A stretch of DNA of 64,000 nucleotides, filler included, from Stramenopiles sp. TOSAG23-3 (GCA_900128585.1; 6 parts of 6 records of this genome joined end to end with filler, not necessarily neighbours in it); one strand, 5' to 3'. Shown: positions 52,753 to 63,570, counted from the first letter of the whole stretch. Numbers and translations: made by a program. The notes: a model not told the origin generated them from the letters alone.

Positions 52753-53635
52753 ATCGGGGGGGTAACAGTGTAAATTTTGAAACATGTAAAGAAGGAATGA
52801 GAACAAGGCGGGCGGGTCTGACGTGTAGAAGAGACAAAGCGATCGGTGCGTTGCCATCGGTCGATCCTCTCGGTAAACGTATTAAGAAATCACCCGAAAG
52901 AGAAAACAGCTCAACTTGCAAGACTTAATGTTGTTAATAATTAGGGAAAAAATGAAGAAAAGGAATTCTATTGTTTGTTGTGACTACTACGAAGTCGTCG
53001 TCGTCTACTTTCTTGATTGAATGAAGAAGAAAGTTTGATGAGTAAAAAAATAAGTAGTAAGAAAAGTTCTACCAAGGTAGTACAAAAAATACGTAAACTC
53101 TGCTCTACCGGGTATTAATACCTATTTAATTTTAATGTTAGGGTTTTTTTAAGAAGAAGAAAGTAAATAAATATAAATTAATAAAAAATGAATCTTTTTC
53201 ATCATCTCCCTTTAATGCTATTTCCATTTTAATAAAAAATAATGCCATTTTTTTTAGACTCTATTTTAATACTTCGAAGATTCTTTTTCTGAATTAATTA
53301 ATCGAAGATTCTTTCGCCAACGACAACAACCAACAGGACATAGCATACGATATTTTTATTGAATCTTTCATCGAAGATGATTATTATTTGTATACGATAT
53401 TTTTATTGAATCTGTTGTCAACGTAGTAGTGGTGATGACGCAACAACGTATTACGTTCTATATCATTTTACAGTTGGTAAAGGGATTGAAAGTCATTTTA
53501 TGTTGCATTACCGAGGAAAGATTGATACTTCAGTGCTTGAATTGTTTGGCTTACCCAATGCACAATATTTGACAAGCTGCGTGCAACTGATACCGTTTCA
53601 ACGCTTTTTCTGACCGCTTGCGTATTGCATTTACA

Positions 53636-55324
53636 ATGCCTGACTTGCGTCCCCGCCTTTCATCGCAGGCGACCAAAATGGTGGGTGGAAAATTCGTCAG
53701 TCCCCAGGGATATGAGCGTCTTCCCCAACCAATGGAATCCAATGATGTCGCAATTGAAGTTACGTCTGAAACTGAACAATTAGTTGGATGTAAAAAGGAC
53801 AATGGTAAGAAAAAGGGAAAAGGTGGGGCAATACGTCGCTGTTGCAACCTGTTATGCATCGGAATTGTTGCCGGATATATGATCTTTATCTTCTCTGTTC
53901 AAACAATTTGGAACGACTGGTTTGCATCACCAACATCCCCGAAAGGCATCCACCTTAGTTTTGGTGAAGATGCCCATGCTCAAGTGACTATAGCGTGGAG
54001 AACTAGTGCCCCAGTGAAACTTCCCACGGTTGTCCTTTATTGTGATGACCTTAGCCACACTGTCGAAGACTCTGCGGTTGGGACGTCGGTCCAACTGCAT
54101 GACTACGACAACGCTGCAGTCTTTTCTGTGCCAATGTTACCGTTCTTTACACTCCTTGCCCCGACCCGCTTCTTTCACAAAGTTTCGTTGACATCACTGA
54201 AGCCTGGTAAAACATATTCGTATGCTGTGATGGACGGCGAAAACCCAACAAATTGGGCCAGGTTTCGGGTCCCAGCGAAAAACGAGAAGAGAAAATTTGT
54301 GGTGTACGGGGATTTCGGATTTCACAACGCTCAAAGTATTCCGCACTTGAACAGAGAAGTGTATGAAACGTCCCAAGGGGGAGCAAAGCCCGTTGACGCT
54401 ATTCTTCATGTTGGTGATATAGGGTATGATCTTCATGACAGAGCTGGAAAGATTGCCGACTGGTTCCTCCAGCTAATACAGCCCCTTGCGTCCAGAATTC
54501 CTTATATGGTATGCCCCGGAAACCATGAGATGCACAACAATTTTTCCGAGTACAAAACCCGATTTCCAATGCCGGGAAATTCAGATGGGCAGTACTACAG
54601 CTGGAAAATTGGCCTTGTCAAAATTATTAGTTTCTCTACGGAGTTGTACTTCTACAAAGAGGATTCACCTAGAGTGCTGGCACAGCTCAACTGGCTTCGA
54701 AAAGAGCTGCAATATGCAAACGCCCCAGAAAACCGTACCAAACAACCGTGGGTAATCACAATGGCACACAGGCCAATGTACTGCTCCTCGGGCGACCCGT
54801 GCAGGCTTCCTTCGTCCAAAGTTCGGGAAATGTTCGAGTCTTTGCTGTTTGTAAACAAAGTGGACTTGGCATTCTTTGGGCATGAACATGATTATGAACG
54901 CATGTACCCAACGTATAACATGGAAGTAGACCGCGCGTCTGTTGTCAGTGAGAATCATTACCACAATGCCAACTACCCAACACAGATTATTACAGGAGCG
55001 GCCGGGTGCCCAGAAAAATTACAGGGTACGGTAAAAGTGCGGTCAATGTCTGCCGTGCGTGTGTCAAAGTACGGTTATGGACATTTGATAGTAATGAATA
55101 GCACACACATGAAGTGGGAGCAATACTCTACAGAACCTATCTCATACCCTGCCTTGCTTCAATTTGAAGCAGCAAACGAATGGTTGAACTATTTTAATTC
55201 GGCCGAGCAGCAATTCGACAACGAGCGCATCATTGCCTCATCATCAAATCAAAAGAAGCTTGAGGACGAGCTTTGGATTACAAAATCTCCGCAGAAAGAC
55301 ATTGTCTCCCTAAAACGACAGTAA
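53636..55324 (+). CDS. Purple acid phosphatase, large ACP7/PAPL type with FN3-like N-domain and TM anchor (C-terminus may extend to 55476)
   Basis: PKGIHLSFG, YGDFG, HVGDIGY, PGNHE, MAHRPMY and GHEHDYER. Confidence 0.94.
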   Translation: MPDLRPRLSSQATKMVGGKFVSPQGYERLPQPMESNDVAIEVTSETEQLVGCKKDNGKKKGKGGAIRRCCNLLCIGIVAGYMIFIFSVQTIWNDWFASPTSPKGIHLSFGEDAHAQVTIAWRTSAPVKLPTVVLYCDDLSHTVEDSAVGTSVQLHDYDNAAVFSVPMLPFFTLLAPTRFFHKVSLTSLKPGKTYSYAVMDGENPTNWARFRVPAKNEKRKFVVYGDFGFHNAQSIPHLNREVYETSQGGAKPVDAILHVGDIGYDLHDRAGKIADWFLQLIQPLASRIPYMVCPGNHEMHNNFSEYKTRFPMPGNSDGQYYSWKIGLVKIISFSTELYFYKEDSPRVLAQLNWLRKELQYANAPENRTKQPWVITMAHRPMYCSSGDPCRLPSSKVREMFESLLFVNKVDLAFFGHEHDYERMYPTYNMEVDRASVVSENHYHNANYPTQIITGAAGCPEKLQGTVKVRSMSAVRVSKYGYGHLIVMNSTHMKWEQYSTEPISYPALLQFEAANEWLNYFNSAEQQFDNERIIASSSNQKKLEDELWITKSPQKDIVSLKRQ

Positions 55325-55559
55325 GAGGAGAGTCATCAAAAACGGTGAACCGAGACGTTCTCGAGTTTTTGAACGAAAAAGAAAAAAGTATGCTCAAAAA
55401 AGATGCCCACATCAGTAAGAAAATCGTCCGTCAGCATTATAAAGTGTTTAAAGATGGCTATAGATATAATAATTAATTCCACTACAAAAAGAATTTATAA
55501 ATAATTTTTCTTATTGATTTTCTTTACCAATAGTATTAATACAAATCATTATATTAATA

Positions 55560-55710
55560 ATCTTCTTCTTCTTCTTCTTTCTTCTTATTCTTCTTTCTTC
55601 TTCTTCTTCTTCTTCTTCTTCTTCTTCTTCTTCTTCTTCTTCTTCTTCTTCTTCTTCTTCCATCTTTCTTCATCTTCTTCTTCTTCTTCTTCTTCTTCTT
55701 CTCTTTCTTC
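55560..55710 (+). repeat. (TTC)n microsatellite
   Basis: Directly visible. Confidence 0.95.
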
Positions 55711-55899
55711 TTTTTATATAAAAAATATACACTCTTGATACTTCCCAATTTTCTTCGTTGGATCGTTGTTTAGAATTTTTTAGATAAGATCTCCAATAGA
55801 TACCCGCAGATATAAGCTTTCTACCAACTTTCACCACCCCAAAAAGTATTCCCAGGTGTTCTCCTTCAAGCGCAGGTTGGCAGATTTCAATTTTTGCTG

Positions 55900-57111
55900 A
55901 TGTCGGCGGTCGCAGTGAGTGCGGTGTCTGCACCACCCAACAGCACTTCCCCAGGTTTTATTGCCTACGAAGACCTTCTCGACTTACAGAATAACGCAGA
56001 GTACACGGAGAAACTCATTCAAGAAGTTATAAGCAAGCAGAATGTACAGAAAAGCTTTTGGAAAGCATGCAGCGATCCATCCCCTCCGTCGTGCACGTTA
56101 GAAGCCATAGCGCTTGAAATTTTTGAATTCCACACGGGGGGGAAAGACTACGTATTAATTGAAGAGGAAGATGCGGGAAAGTACGAAGGGGAACTGGTCA
56201 TAGATAACGATTCCAAGCCAAACGCCAGCACCGCTGGCAGCGCAAAAAAGAAGAAGAAGAAGAAAAAGAAGGGGTCTAAATCTCAGAAAATGAGAAAGTT
56301 AAGGATTGATCGAAACACAAGTGGGGTGGAGTGGTGGGTGCAGGTTCGTGGACCGGGGCAACCGAAGGGGACGTCCTTGGGGTTCCACTGGGACGAAAAT
56401 TACGGGGAGGACGACGGAAGCAGTGGTGTCAAAAGCGGGTCTATTACCGATCGGAACAGGTTGCCATGGCTTGCGACAGTGTCGTACCTTTGCAATCGGG
56501 GGGCACCCACTGTGGCGATGCCCGTCTCGAAATTTCAAGCCGAAGAGCAGCTGCCAGCAGGGGGGCTCGACGGCGAAATCGGCATCAAGGAGGGCTTCGT
56601 ATCATTCCCAAGCAAAGGGAAACACATGGCGTTTAAAGGGCACTGGCTTCACGGGGTCCCAAGCGAGCTGGTAGACGAAGATGGGGCCCCACGAAAGGCT
56701 GCCGCGCCAAATGAGGAAACGGGAGTGGCAGGGGAAGAGACTTATTTGCGTTGTACGTTCTTGGTAAACATATGGATAAACACGGGAGCGCCCAACGAAA
56801 TCCACGCGAATCAGAACCGTACCCCTATTGTAAACAAGTGCAAATACTCAGAAAGTGCAGGCCAACCAAACACTTCATATCTGAAAGGTCAGATCAAACG
56901 AGGCGCAGTGAGTGAAATAATAACTGATGCCGACACTCCCGTGTGCGGATTTGGGTTCGGTAAGTCAGATAGCGATTCTTTTCAGTTTTGGATGCCTTTG
57001 CCAATGCCGGCAATCCACAAATGCTGGGACAAAAAGTCTCAACCAAGGAACAATTTTAAGCTTATTTTTTCCGGAGGAGAGGACGCGCCCTGTTTTCTCT
57101 GCCGACCGTAG
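55900..57111 (+). CDS. Conserved hypothetical protein, probable 2OG-Fe(II) dioxygenase-like fold
   Basis: GVEWWVQVR, FHWD (HxD), ATVSYL, GAPT, FKGHWLHGV (distal His) and R.TFLVNIW. Poly-Lys insert. Confidence 0.65.
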   Translation: MSAVAVSAVSAPPNSTSPGFIAYEDLLDLQNNAEYTEKLIQEVISKQNVQKSFWKACSDPSPPSCTLEAIALEIFEFHTGGKDYVLIEEEDAGKYEGELVIDNDSKPNASTAGSAKKKKKKKKKGSKSQKMRKLRIDRNTSGVEWWVQVRGPGQPKGTSLGFHWDENYGEDDGSSGVKSGSITDRNRLPWLATVSYLCNRGAPTVAMPVSKFQAEEQLPAGGLDGEIGIKEGFVSFPSKGKHMAFKGHWLHGVPSELVDEDGAPRKAAAPNEETGVAGEETYLRCTFLVNIWINTGAPNEIHANQNRTPIVNKCKYSESAGQPNTSYLKGQIKRGAVSEIITDADTPVCGFGFGKSDSDSFQFWMPLPMPAIHKCWDKKSQPRNNFKLIFSGGEDAPCFLCRP

Positions 57112-57547
57112 TACTAGTAAAATCATAAGAAGAGAAGAAAGGGAGAAAAACTGTATAATAAATATCTGTTTTTTAGAATATAACAAATGTAAAAAAAAAG
57201 TTATAAAAAAACTTTTTCTGTTTTTTTTGTTTTTGTTTTGTTTTTATCAATGATGATCGATGAATGATCGATGATATGATGAATATTTTATTAAAAAAAA
57301 TGATAAAAAAAGACGACCCAACCAAAAAAAAAAAAATAACTCCACCACCCACCACACAGCACATCCACAGCCCACACCAACAAAGCAGCACCAAAATATT
57401 AATATACCAAGTAATATATCATCAGAGTACTATTATTCAACTATTCTTTAATTACTCTTAAATTTTATGAACAAGTCGTTATAAAATTTAGTCTCTGATT
57501 GTATTCATTTTACAATTGGTTTGAATATTTTATGACAGAATTATTCA

Positions 57548-58552
57548 ATGGCCCCATTGAGAAGGGAAAAACGTGGGGCAGACAGTGACGGAAATATTAT
57601 ATACTATAATTATAAACCCGCGGAAAGCATGAGTGAGAAATTAGAAAGTAAGGAAAGCATGGAAAGCACCATCGAAATGACGTCGCAAGAATCCCCCAAC
57701 CAGCTTAACATCCATAATGATGTAGCCCAACTGGAGAAGTTATTGGCGGAGAAACTGGCGAAGTTGGATGAAGAAGACTTGAAGTCGGCGGAGAAACTGG
57801 CGAAGTTGGATGAAGAAGACTTGAATTCGGCGGAGAAACTGGCGAAGTTATTGGCGGAGAATCAGAAATTCGCAGTTCTGTGGATTGAGGCAAGAAGCGA
57901 CGACTTCTACTCCACGTACAAAAGTGAATCTAATGACCATGCAATTTTCATGGACGAGATACGTAGAAAATTTGAAGATGATGAAGATGGACGCTATATC
58001 GATTTTATGAATTCCACCCTGTACAAAATAGGAGGAGACACTAAAGGTATGACCTATAATATCATTATCCAAAAAGGAGTTGACAAAAATCAGGAGCAGC
58101 AGAGCAACAATACAGAAAACACGAAAACTTCTTGGAAAGAAACGTTTGAAATGTACGCAAAAGACAAAGAAAACGATCGTTCAAGGAGGAATAGAATTTG
58201 CTTTTTTATTATTTTTTTTGTCTCCTTTTTAATTAGTGGCATCATTAATGAAGGGATTGAAGAGCTGGTGATGTGGTTTGATGATATAAACGATTCACCA
58301 GCTCACAACATGCTAAGAAATGGAACGTCAAGGTCCGGGTCGGCATCAACGAACTTGCCAAATGCAGCATCCACCACAGCTTTCGCAAGAACGACAACGC
58401 ATGTTCCAGTTCCACTGCATACGACCAATGTTTCACCAACCACTACAGTTTTAACTGCAGTCTCAAAAACGGTAACCCATTTTCGATCTGTACTGTCCAC
58501 TACACGATCAACGCACACTGCCATTGCAGGAACGACAACTAATGGACAATAA
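57548..58552 (+). CDS. Hypothetical single-TM protein with internal 14-aa repeats and Thr-rich C-terminus
   Basis: 334-codon ORF; TM ICFFIIFFVSFLISGII; mucin-like tail. Confidence 0.7.
   Translation: MAPLRREKRGADSDGNIIYYNYKPAESMSEKLESKESMESTIEMTSQESPNQLNIHNDVAQLEKLLAEKLAKLDEEDLKSAEKLAKLDEEDLNSAEKLAKLLAENQKFAVLWIEARSDDFYSTYKSESNDHAIFMDEIRRKFEDDEDGRYIDFMNSTLYKIGGDTKGMTYNIIIQKGVDKNQEQQSNNTENTKTSWKETFEMYAKDKENDRSRRNRICFFIIFFVSFLISGIINEGIEELVMWFDDINDSPAHNMLRNGTSRSGSASTNLPNAASTTAFARTTTHVPVPLHTTNVSPTTTVLTAVSKTVTHFRSVLSTTRSTHTAIAGTTTNGQ
57745..57849 (+). repeat. 42-bp in-frame tandem repeat, about 2.5 copies (AEKLAKLDEEDLKS)
   Basis: ggcggagaaactggcgaagtt recurs at 57745, 57787 and 57829. Confidence 0.92.
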
Positions 58553-59191
58553 TCAATATCCCTCCCCGACAAATAGATTAAAATAATAAGAAAATTGGCT
58601 GTTATAATGTACTTACTGCGAACTGAACTCTACTGGTGTGATAAAATCAAGAAAATGGCTGAGTTATAAAATAAAATAGAAGTAAGAATTCTTATGAATA
58701 AAATGTACACATCATAATACTAATAAAGTTATCACAAACTATCGCATTTAAAGAGACGCAGACGACTAAATAATTTATATTCTTTCACATCATCATCACG
58801 TTAGTTAAAATATCTCTCTCTCTTTCATACGAAGTCGTCAACATTTACGTAAACCATCACTTTTGTTCCTCATCAAAAAGAATACATACCCTGATCGTAA
58901 CCCTATTTATAAGGATCTCTCATTCTCCCACTCCCCTCCTTGGTATTAATACAGGTATTGAATACCGGTACCTGTGCCTACTGGTAAAATATAATAAATA
59001 ACTAACGCTACTACAGCTGAACTAGACGACTATAAAAATATTATTTTGGTTCTATTAGACAGAGGAGTATTATATACTAATTATTATGGGTTAGGGTTAT
59101 TGCTTGCACACAAAAAACACAATCTATGCATCTCTCTCTTTCTTACATTTGAACTAAACGTAATCGTTATACATCTCTCTCTTTCTTACAT

Positions 59192-60142
59192 TTAAACCAT
59201 TACTTGTTCCTCATCAATTTCTTCCTCGGGGTTATTCATATCCTTTCTCTGCTTCTCCTTCTCCTCCCACTCCAGTTTCTTTTCATCTTTCCAGCTTTCA
59301 ATCGCAGATTTTAAAGTGCGGTTTGGAATCAAACCACTTGAAGAAATGTCTTCTTTAGTCATTGGGCTTTTACTACTCGTTTTCAGCCATCTTACAATAT
59401 CTTTTCGCTCATAAGTGAAACCATCTTGTGCTACAACAGGATCTTGCATTACATCGTGTGTTATTGGGCATAAGAAATCATCACGAATATCTTTGTCACC
59501 GATGTAAGCGTCTAGATTAAATTTTCTTTCTTCAACTATTTTCTTACTTTTTATCTTGCCAAGGCCTTTCAGAGTTGCTGTCTTATTCGCTTCTTTTGCG
59601 CCTCTAGCTTTTAACAGTTCAACTATTTTTTCATCATTAAGTTCGATTGCATAGTCAAGCGCCGTTCGTCCTGTTTCATCCTCACAGTTTATTCTTCCCA
59701 AATTGACATCACGCGATAACAAATATTCGGTATAAGTACAATCCCCTAATTTAACTGCTTTATGCAATGGTGTCGTTACGCCCGCACCATCTGCATGAAC
59801 AAAAGATAATACCAACGGCCTAACGTTTTTAAATGTGCGCAAAAATATATTCTTGGAAACCCGTGATACAAAATTTCCATTTATTGCATGTAACTTGTCC
59901 CTTAGTTTTAACCCAGGATATTGTTCCTGCACTAATCCATCGGACCTAATGTCAACTATAGTCACTTCAAGAGGTTTGTCATCAAACGAGAATGATACAC
60001 CGAAGACTCCAGCAACGCTTTCAACGTCCATGCCAACATATTCATCAATAGCAAATACCACAGTAACGTTAGAACTTGGAATAAATTTCATTTCCAATAG
60101 CCTTGTTTCTTCATGAGCAGGTCTTGCGTGAACGACTTGGGT
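59192..60142 (-). CDS. PDZ-like + ankyrin + U-box protein (putative E3 ligase), 5'-truncated
   Basis: FGVSF...GLKLRDKLHAING (PDZ-like); TPLHKAV and GRTALDYA (ankyrin); FLCPITHDVMQDPVVAQDGFTYER...SPMT...LIPN..LKSAI (U-box). The frame is open to the linker. Confidence 0.9.
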   Translation of the reverse strand, partial: TQVVHARPAHEETRLLEMKFIPSSNVTVVFAIDEYVGMDVESVAGVFGVSFSFDDKPLEVTIVDIRSDGLVQEQYPGLKLRDKLHAINGNFVSRVSKNIFLRTFKNVRPLVLSFVHADGAGVTTPLHKAVKLGDCTYTEYLLSRDVNLGRINCEDETGRTALDYAIELNDEKIVELLKARGAKEANKTATLKGLGKIKSKKIVEERKFNLDAYIGDKDIRDDFLCPITHDVMQDPVVAQDGFTYERKDIVRWLKTSSKSPMTKEDISSSGLIPNRTLKSAIESWKDEKKLEWEEKEKQRKDMNNPEEEIDEEQVMV

Positions 60143-60242
60143 NNNNNNNNNNNNNNNNNNNNNNNNNNNNNNNNNNNNNNNNNNNNTTAATTAATTAANN
60201 NNNNNNNNNNNNNNNNNNNNNNNNNNNNNNNNNNNNNNNNNN
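60143..60242. other. Artificial contig-joining linker
   Basis: N44-TTAATTAATTAA-N44. Confidence 0.97.
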
Positions 60243-60600
60243 GGGCGAACCTTCGCGTCGTGTCCGCCGCGCGCCGGTCGTACATGGAGGCGATCCAGGT
60301 GGCCATGCAGGGGGACGCTCGCCAAGATGGCCTTCTACCGCACGGAGCGCCCCATCCTGATTGCCCAGGGCATCGTCGACTACGACCAGCAGTGCGCTCT
60401 GCTCGACAAGGATACCGGGACCCAGCGGATGCAAGAGGTCGCCGGATTTATACGTCGGGCTCTGGATTTCCGTCCGGGCGAACGTTCGCGTCGTGTCCGA
60501 CGCGCGCCGGTCGGGGGACGCTCGCCGAGATGGCCTTCTACCGCACAGAGTGCCCCATCCTGATTGCCCAGGGCATCGTCGACTACGACCAGCAGTGCGC
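60243..60600 (+). repeat. High-GC degenerate tandem duplication (~233-bp period) of a coding-like fragment
   Basis: gggcgaac.ttcgcgtcgtgtccg at 60243 and 60476. agatggccttctaccgcac...gactacgaccagcagtgcgc occurs twice. Copy 2 has a ~30-bp deletion. Confidence 0.85.
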
Positions 60601-60630
60601 AGCAAAATCTTGGTGGCAGACTCAGCTTTG

Positions 60631-61280
60631 CTAGTGGTCATTTGTTATTAACGAAGGACTGGCCCACTCATACTCACGTGTGTGACAATACGTTTTTAAG
60701 TGTAACATTGTGCCTTCCTTGCAAAAGGATATACGTATTAACTCATTTTTGTAGAAGTAGAAGTCAGAATAATCAAACTTAAGCTCCGAAGAATATGTTT
60801 GGCTTAATCCATGCTTCAAATGATAATTATACAGTGCGCAAAATATATCCTTCAAAAAATCACAGTCTTGTAGTTTGCTATAAAATTCGTTCTTTTCAAA
60901 TTGATAACCGGCGTCGCTTTCATACACACCAACATTTTTTCTGTCTTGCTTAAACAACACATAAAGGTTGTATAACTGCGTTTTTGCTTTAATGTCTCGC
61001 AGGCTTTTCCTTCTGGATAGAATATCAATTCTTCCATAATGCAAGTCAAACCCATGTTGTTTCAGTCGAAAAGCAAGGTCATCGTAATTAACAATTAACT
61101 TGCCCATCTCTGGGCTCTTCTCTATCGGAATTTTCATTCCTAGGATTTGTTCGATCAAGGGTTTTAAAATAAAGTTATATTTTGCAATGTTCCCGACACG
61201 TTCTGAACTCGTGCCATAGTTCCGCGTTCTAGAGCTACAATTTACTATACCGACATTGTATAAGTCTGTTAGCAGTGCCT
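60631..61280 (-). CDS. AT-rich hypothetical ORF fragment, 5' end lost in an N gap
   Basis: More than 210 open codons, Y/K/F/L-rich; no recognisable motif. Confidence 0.5.
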
Positions 61281-61347
61281 NNNNNNNNNNNNNNNNNNNN
61301 NNNNNNNNNNNNNNNNNNNNNNNNNNNNNNNNNNNNNNNNNNNNNNN

Positions 61348-62053
61348 TAACGTCCTGATCAAGCTGCTTTTGAGCGGCTAAAATCTGGTTGTTTGACGAC
61401 ATTATATTTATTTGTGCACTGCATAGTGCGTCAAAACCGCTCACCAGAGAACGACGGGCGTTGTCTCGTTCAGTCTCAAAAGCCTTCTTCATGGCGTCTG
61501 TGTTATTCCTGATTTGGCGGTTGCTTCCAACCTCCAATTCTCTGATTCTCTGTACCAATCCATTACACGTCTCCTTTAACTGCTCATTTTCCAACCCAAG
61601 TTGCTTCATTGCTGTTACAGCAGCCTCAAGGGAACGAGATGCCTGCTCCTTCCGTTTCCTTTCTTCTCCCTCTTGGAGTTGTTGTACCCTTTGCTGCTCT
61701 TCAACACAGGTGCTGCACATACCATCGTGTCTTTCTGCAACGATGAAGCCACATTTAGTACAACAGACATTTTTTTTCCTCCTACGCTTCCGGCCTAGAT
61801 TGCGGCTCCGAAAGTCAATACATTTTACTGACCCTGAAGGATACTTTTTAGCGGCTAACGCTTCCCACTGTGCCCACCATGCTGTTGGTGGATCACCATG
61901 ATATTGAAATACGACCCTATGTTTATAGCTTTTAGACGAAACAGAAGGCCGCAACTTACGCATAAATTGACCTTCAATCCCACCGTTTTTAAACTCCCAC
62001 AACGGCCTTGCCATGGGCTTCCAGCCGGTGCTCAATTCGTACTTCTGGGCCAT
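61348..62053 (-). CDS. Hypothetical protein fragment with basic NLS-like stretch, CxxC...CxxC and coiled coil
   Basis: GRKRRRKK, CTKC...CSTC and a Q/E-rich helix. Runs into the N gap at 61281-61347. Confidence 0.55.
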
Positions 62054-62090
62054 AAATTGGAGCTCTGGCACTACTACAGTACACTATTAA

Positions 62091-62190
62091 NNNNNNNNNN
62101 NNNNNNNNNNNNNNNNNNNNNNNNNNNNNNNNNNTTAATTAATTAANNNNNNNNNNNNNNNNNNNNNNNNNNNNNNNNNNNNNNNNNNNN
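62091..62190. other. Artificial contig-joining linker
   Basis: N44-TTAATTAATTAA-N44. Confidence 0.97.
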
Positions 62191-62481
62191 TGATATGATT
62201 TTTAGCAGTCGCAAAATTAGATCAGTTCTACAATTGGGATAATCTTGAGAGTCTTAAAACATACTATATCATACTATATCATTAGTTTTTTTTCTTCCAT
62301 TAGTTTAAAAAAAAAAAATGCTTTAACTTTATCTACATTCACTTTACTTCGTTCTCCATTTTATTCGCGATGCAAGGCACACAAAAATCACTGGGCACGG
62401 ACACCAAAGGGCGCCCTGCCCCATCCAATCGCATTTCGCAAACTTTCCAAAAGGTTGTTTCTTGACACCATCTTTGAATTG

Positions 62482-63570
62482 CTAAAACCCTTTTTTTTGC
62501 GGTCGAATTTTCTGTTTTTCCCTCAGCATTTTTATGGCCAACGCTCTGCCGGCAGCGCTCAGCTGGGATACGCGGGACACGGAACTAGCCATGGAAGAGG
62601 AAACGCTTGACTTCGATCCTGGCCATCTGCACAAATGGCTTTGTTGCTTATTGTTCGTATTTACACTGTCGAGGGAATCACAGTCTCTTCCATCCCTACT
62701 CCTGCGGGAGGATAGTATTACAGAGTACTCGCCAACGGATGAATCTGTAGGATCGACGTCGTAAAGAGGTGCATTACTCTGTTCCGACGACTTCATAGCC
62801 TCGAACTGCTCATCAACTTTTTGAAAACCGATGGCATTGTATCGTATGTTGCTAGACCGGGAAGATGACGCTTTCCCGCCCCGCGCCGACTTCCGAGGAG
62901 GGGCCGATTGCCGCGGCTTTGCCGGTGCAGGTGGTTTCATTCCTGCTGCTCCGTTGCCAGCTTTATTTTCTAACAGGTATTGGTTCTTGCCGGCTTTTCT
63001 TTTCTTTTTAAACGTATCATTGCCTGCACTGTTCATCAAGAAAAGTTGTTCTAAGTTTGGGTTGAGTTCTTGCACATTTTTGGGGCACATTCCAATAAGT
63101 TTTTTGTAATGTTTGGCTTTCATTTTCTCTTGGAGCTTAGCGAACGACATTTTGCTCTCGTTGGTATAACTCGCCAGAAATTCGGACAACGTGAGTTTTT
63201 CCGAAGCGCCGTTCGTTCGGTCGTCCATATTTTCTTCCACCCTTGAACTTTCGCTGCAATCCTGCGCGCCCTCCGACTGTTGACGGGGTAGGTCACTGTA
63301 GTCGATAGGAAGCCCGGCGAGCGCGAACAGTTTATGCTTAGCTTCGGGGTTATTGCTTGTTTCTAAATCCCCAAGCCTAGGTGCAGCGTACTCGGTCTCT
63401 TCACTGGTTTCGTCCTCTGCCTCTGCATTTCCGTTACTTGAAGCTACTTGCTTTTGCATGCGTTTCAAGTTTGGAAAAAATTGCTGTTCGATGGCATCGG
63501 AAAGTCGTGCAAGGTATTCTTTCTCGCTAAGCACCGTTCTGGAGCGAAAGACCGCCCTGCCACGCTTCAT
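62482..63570 (-). CDS. ESS2: Splicing factor ESS-2/DGCR14 homologue (divergent)
   Basis: VLSEKEYLARLSDAIEQQFFPNL, LTLSEFLASYTNESKMSF and LSAAGRAL match conserved Es2 blocks as I recall them. Confidence 0.78.
   Translation of the reverse strand: MKRGRAVFRSRTVLSEKEYLARLSDAIEQQFFPNLKRMQKQVASSNGNAEAEDETSEETEYAAPRLGDLETSNNPEAKHKLFALAGLPIDYSDLPRQQSEGAQDCSESSRVEENMDDRTNGASEKLTLSEFLASYTNESKMSFAKLQEKMKAKHYKKLIGMCPKNVQELNPNLEQLFLMNSAGNDTFKKKRKAGKNQYLLENKAGNGAAGMKPPAPAKPRQSAPPRKSARGGKASSSRSSNIRYNAIGFQKVDEQFEAMKSSEQSNAPLYDVDPTDSSVGEYSVILSSRRSRDGRDCDSLDSVNTNNKQQSHLCRWPGSKSSVSSSMASSVSRVSQLSAAGRALAIKMLREKQKIRPQKKGF

Noticed and set aside
59087-59098. Telomere- or telobox-like words (gggttagggtt; aaaccctaa at 21779 and 45315)
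   Set aside because: Only one or two units each, so not distinguishable from chance by eye.
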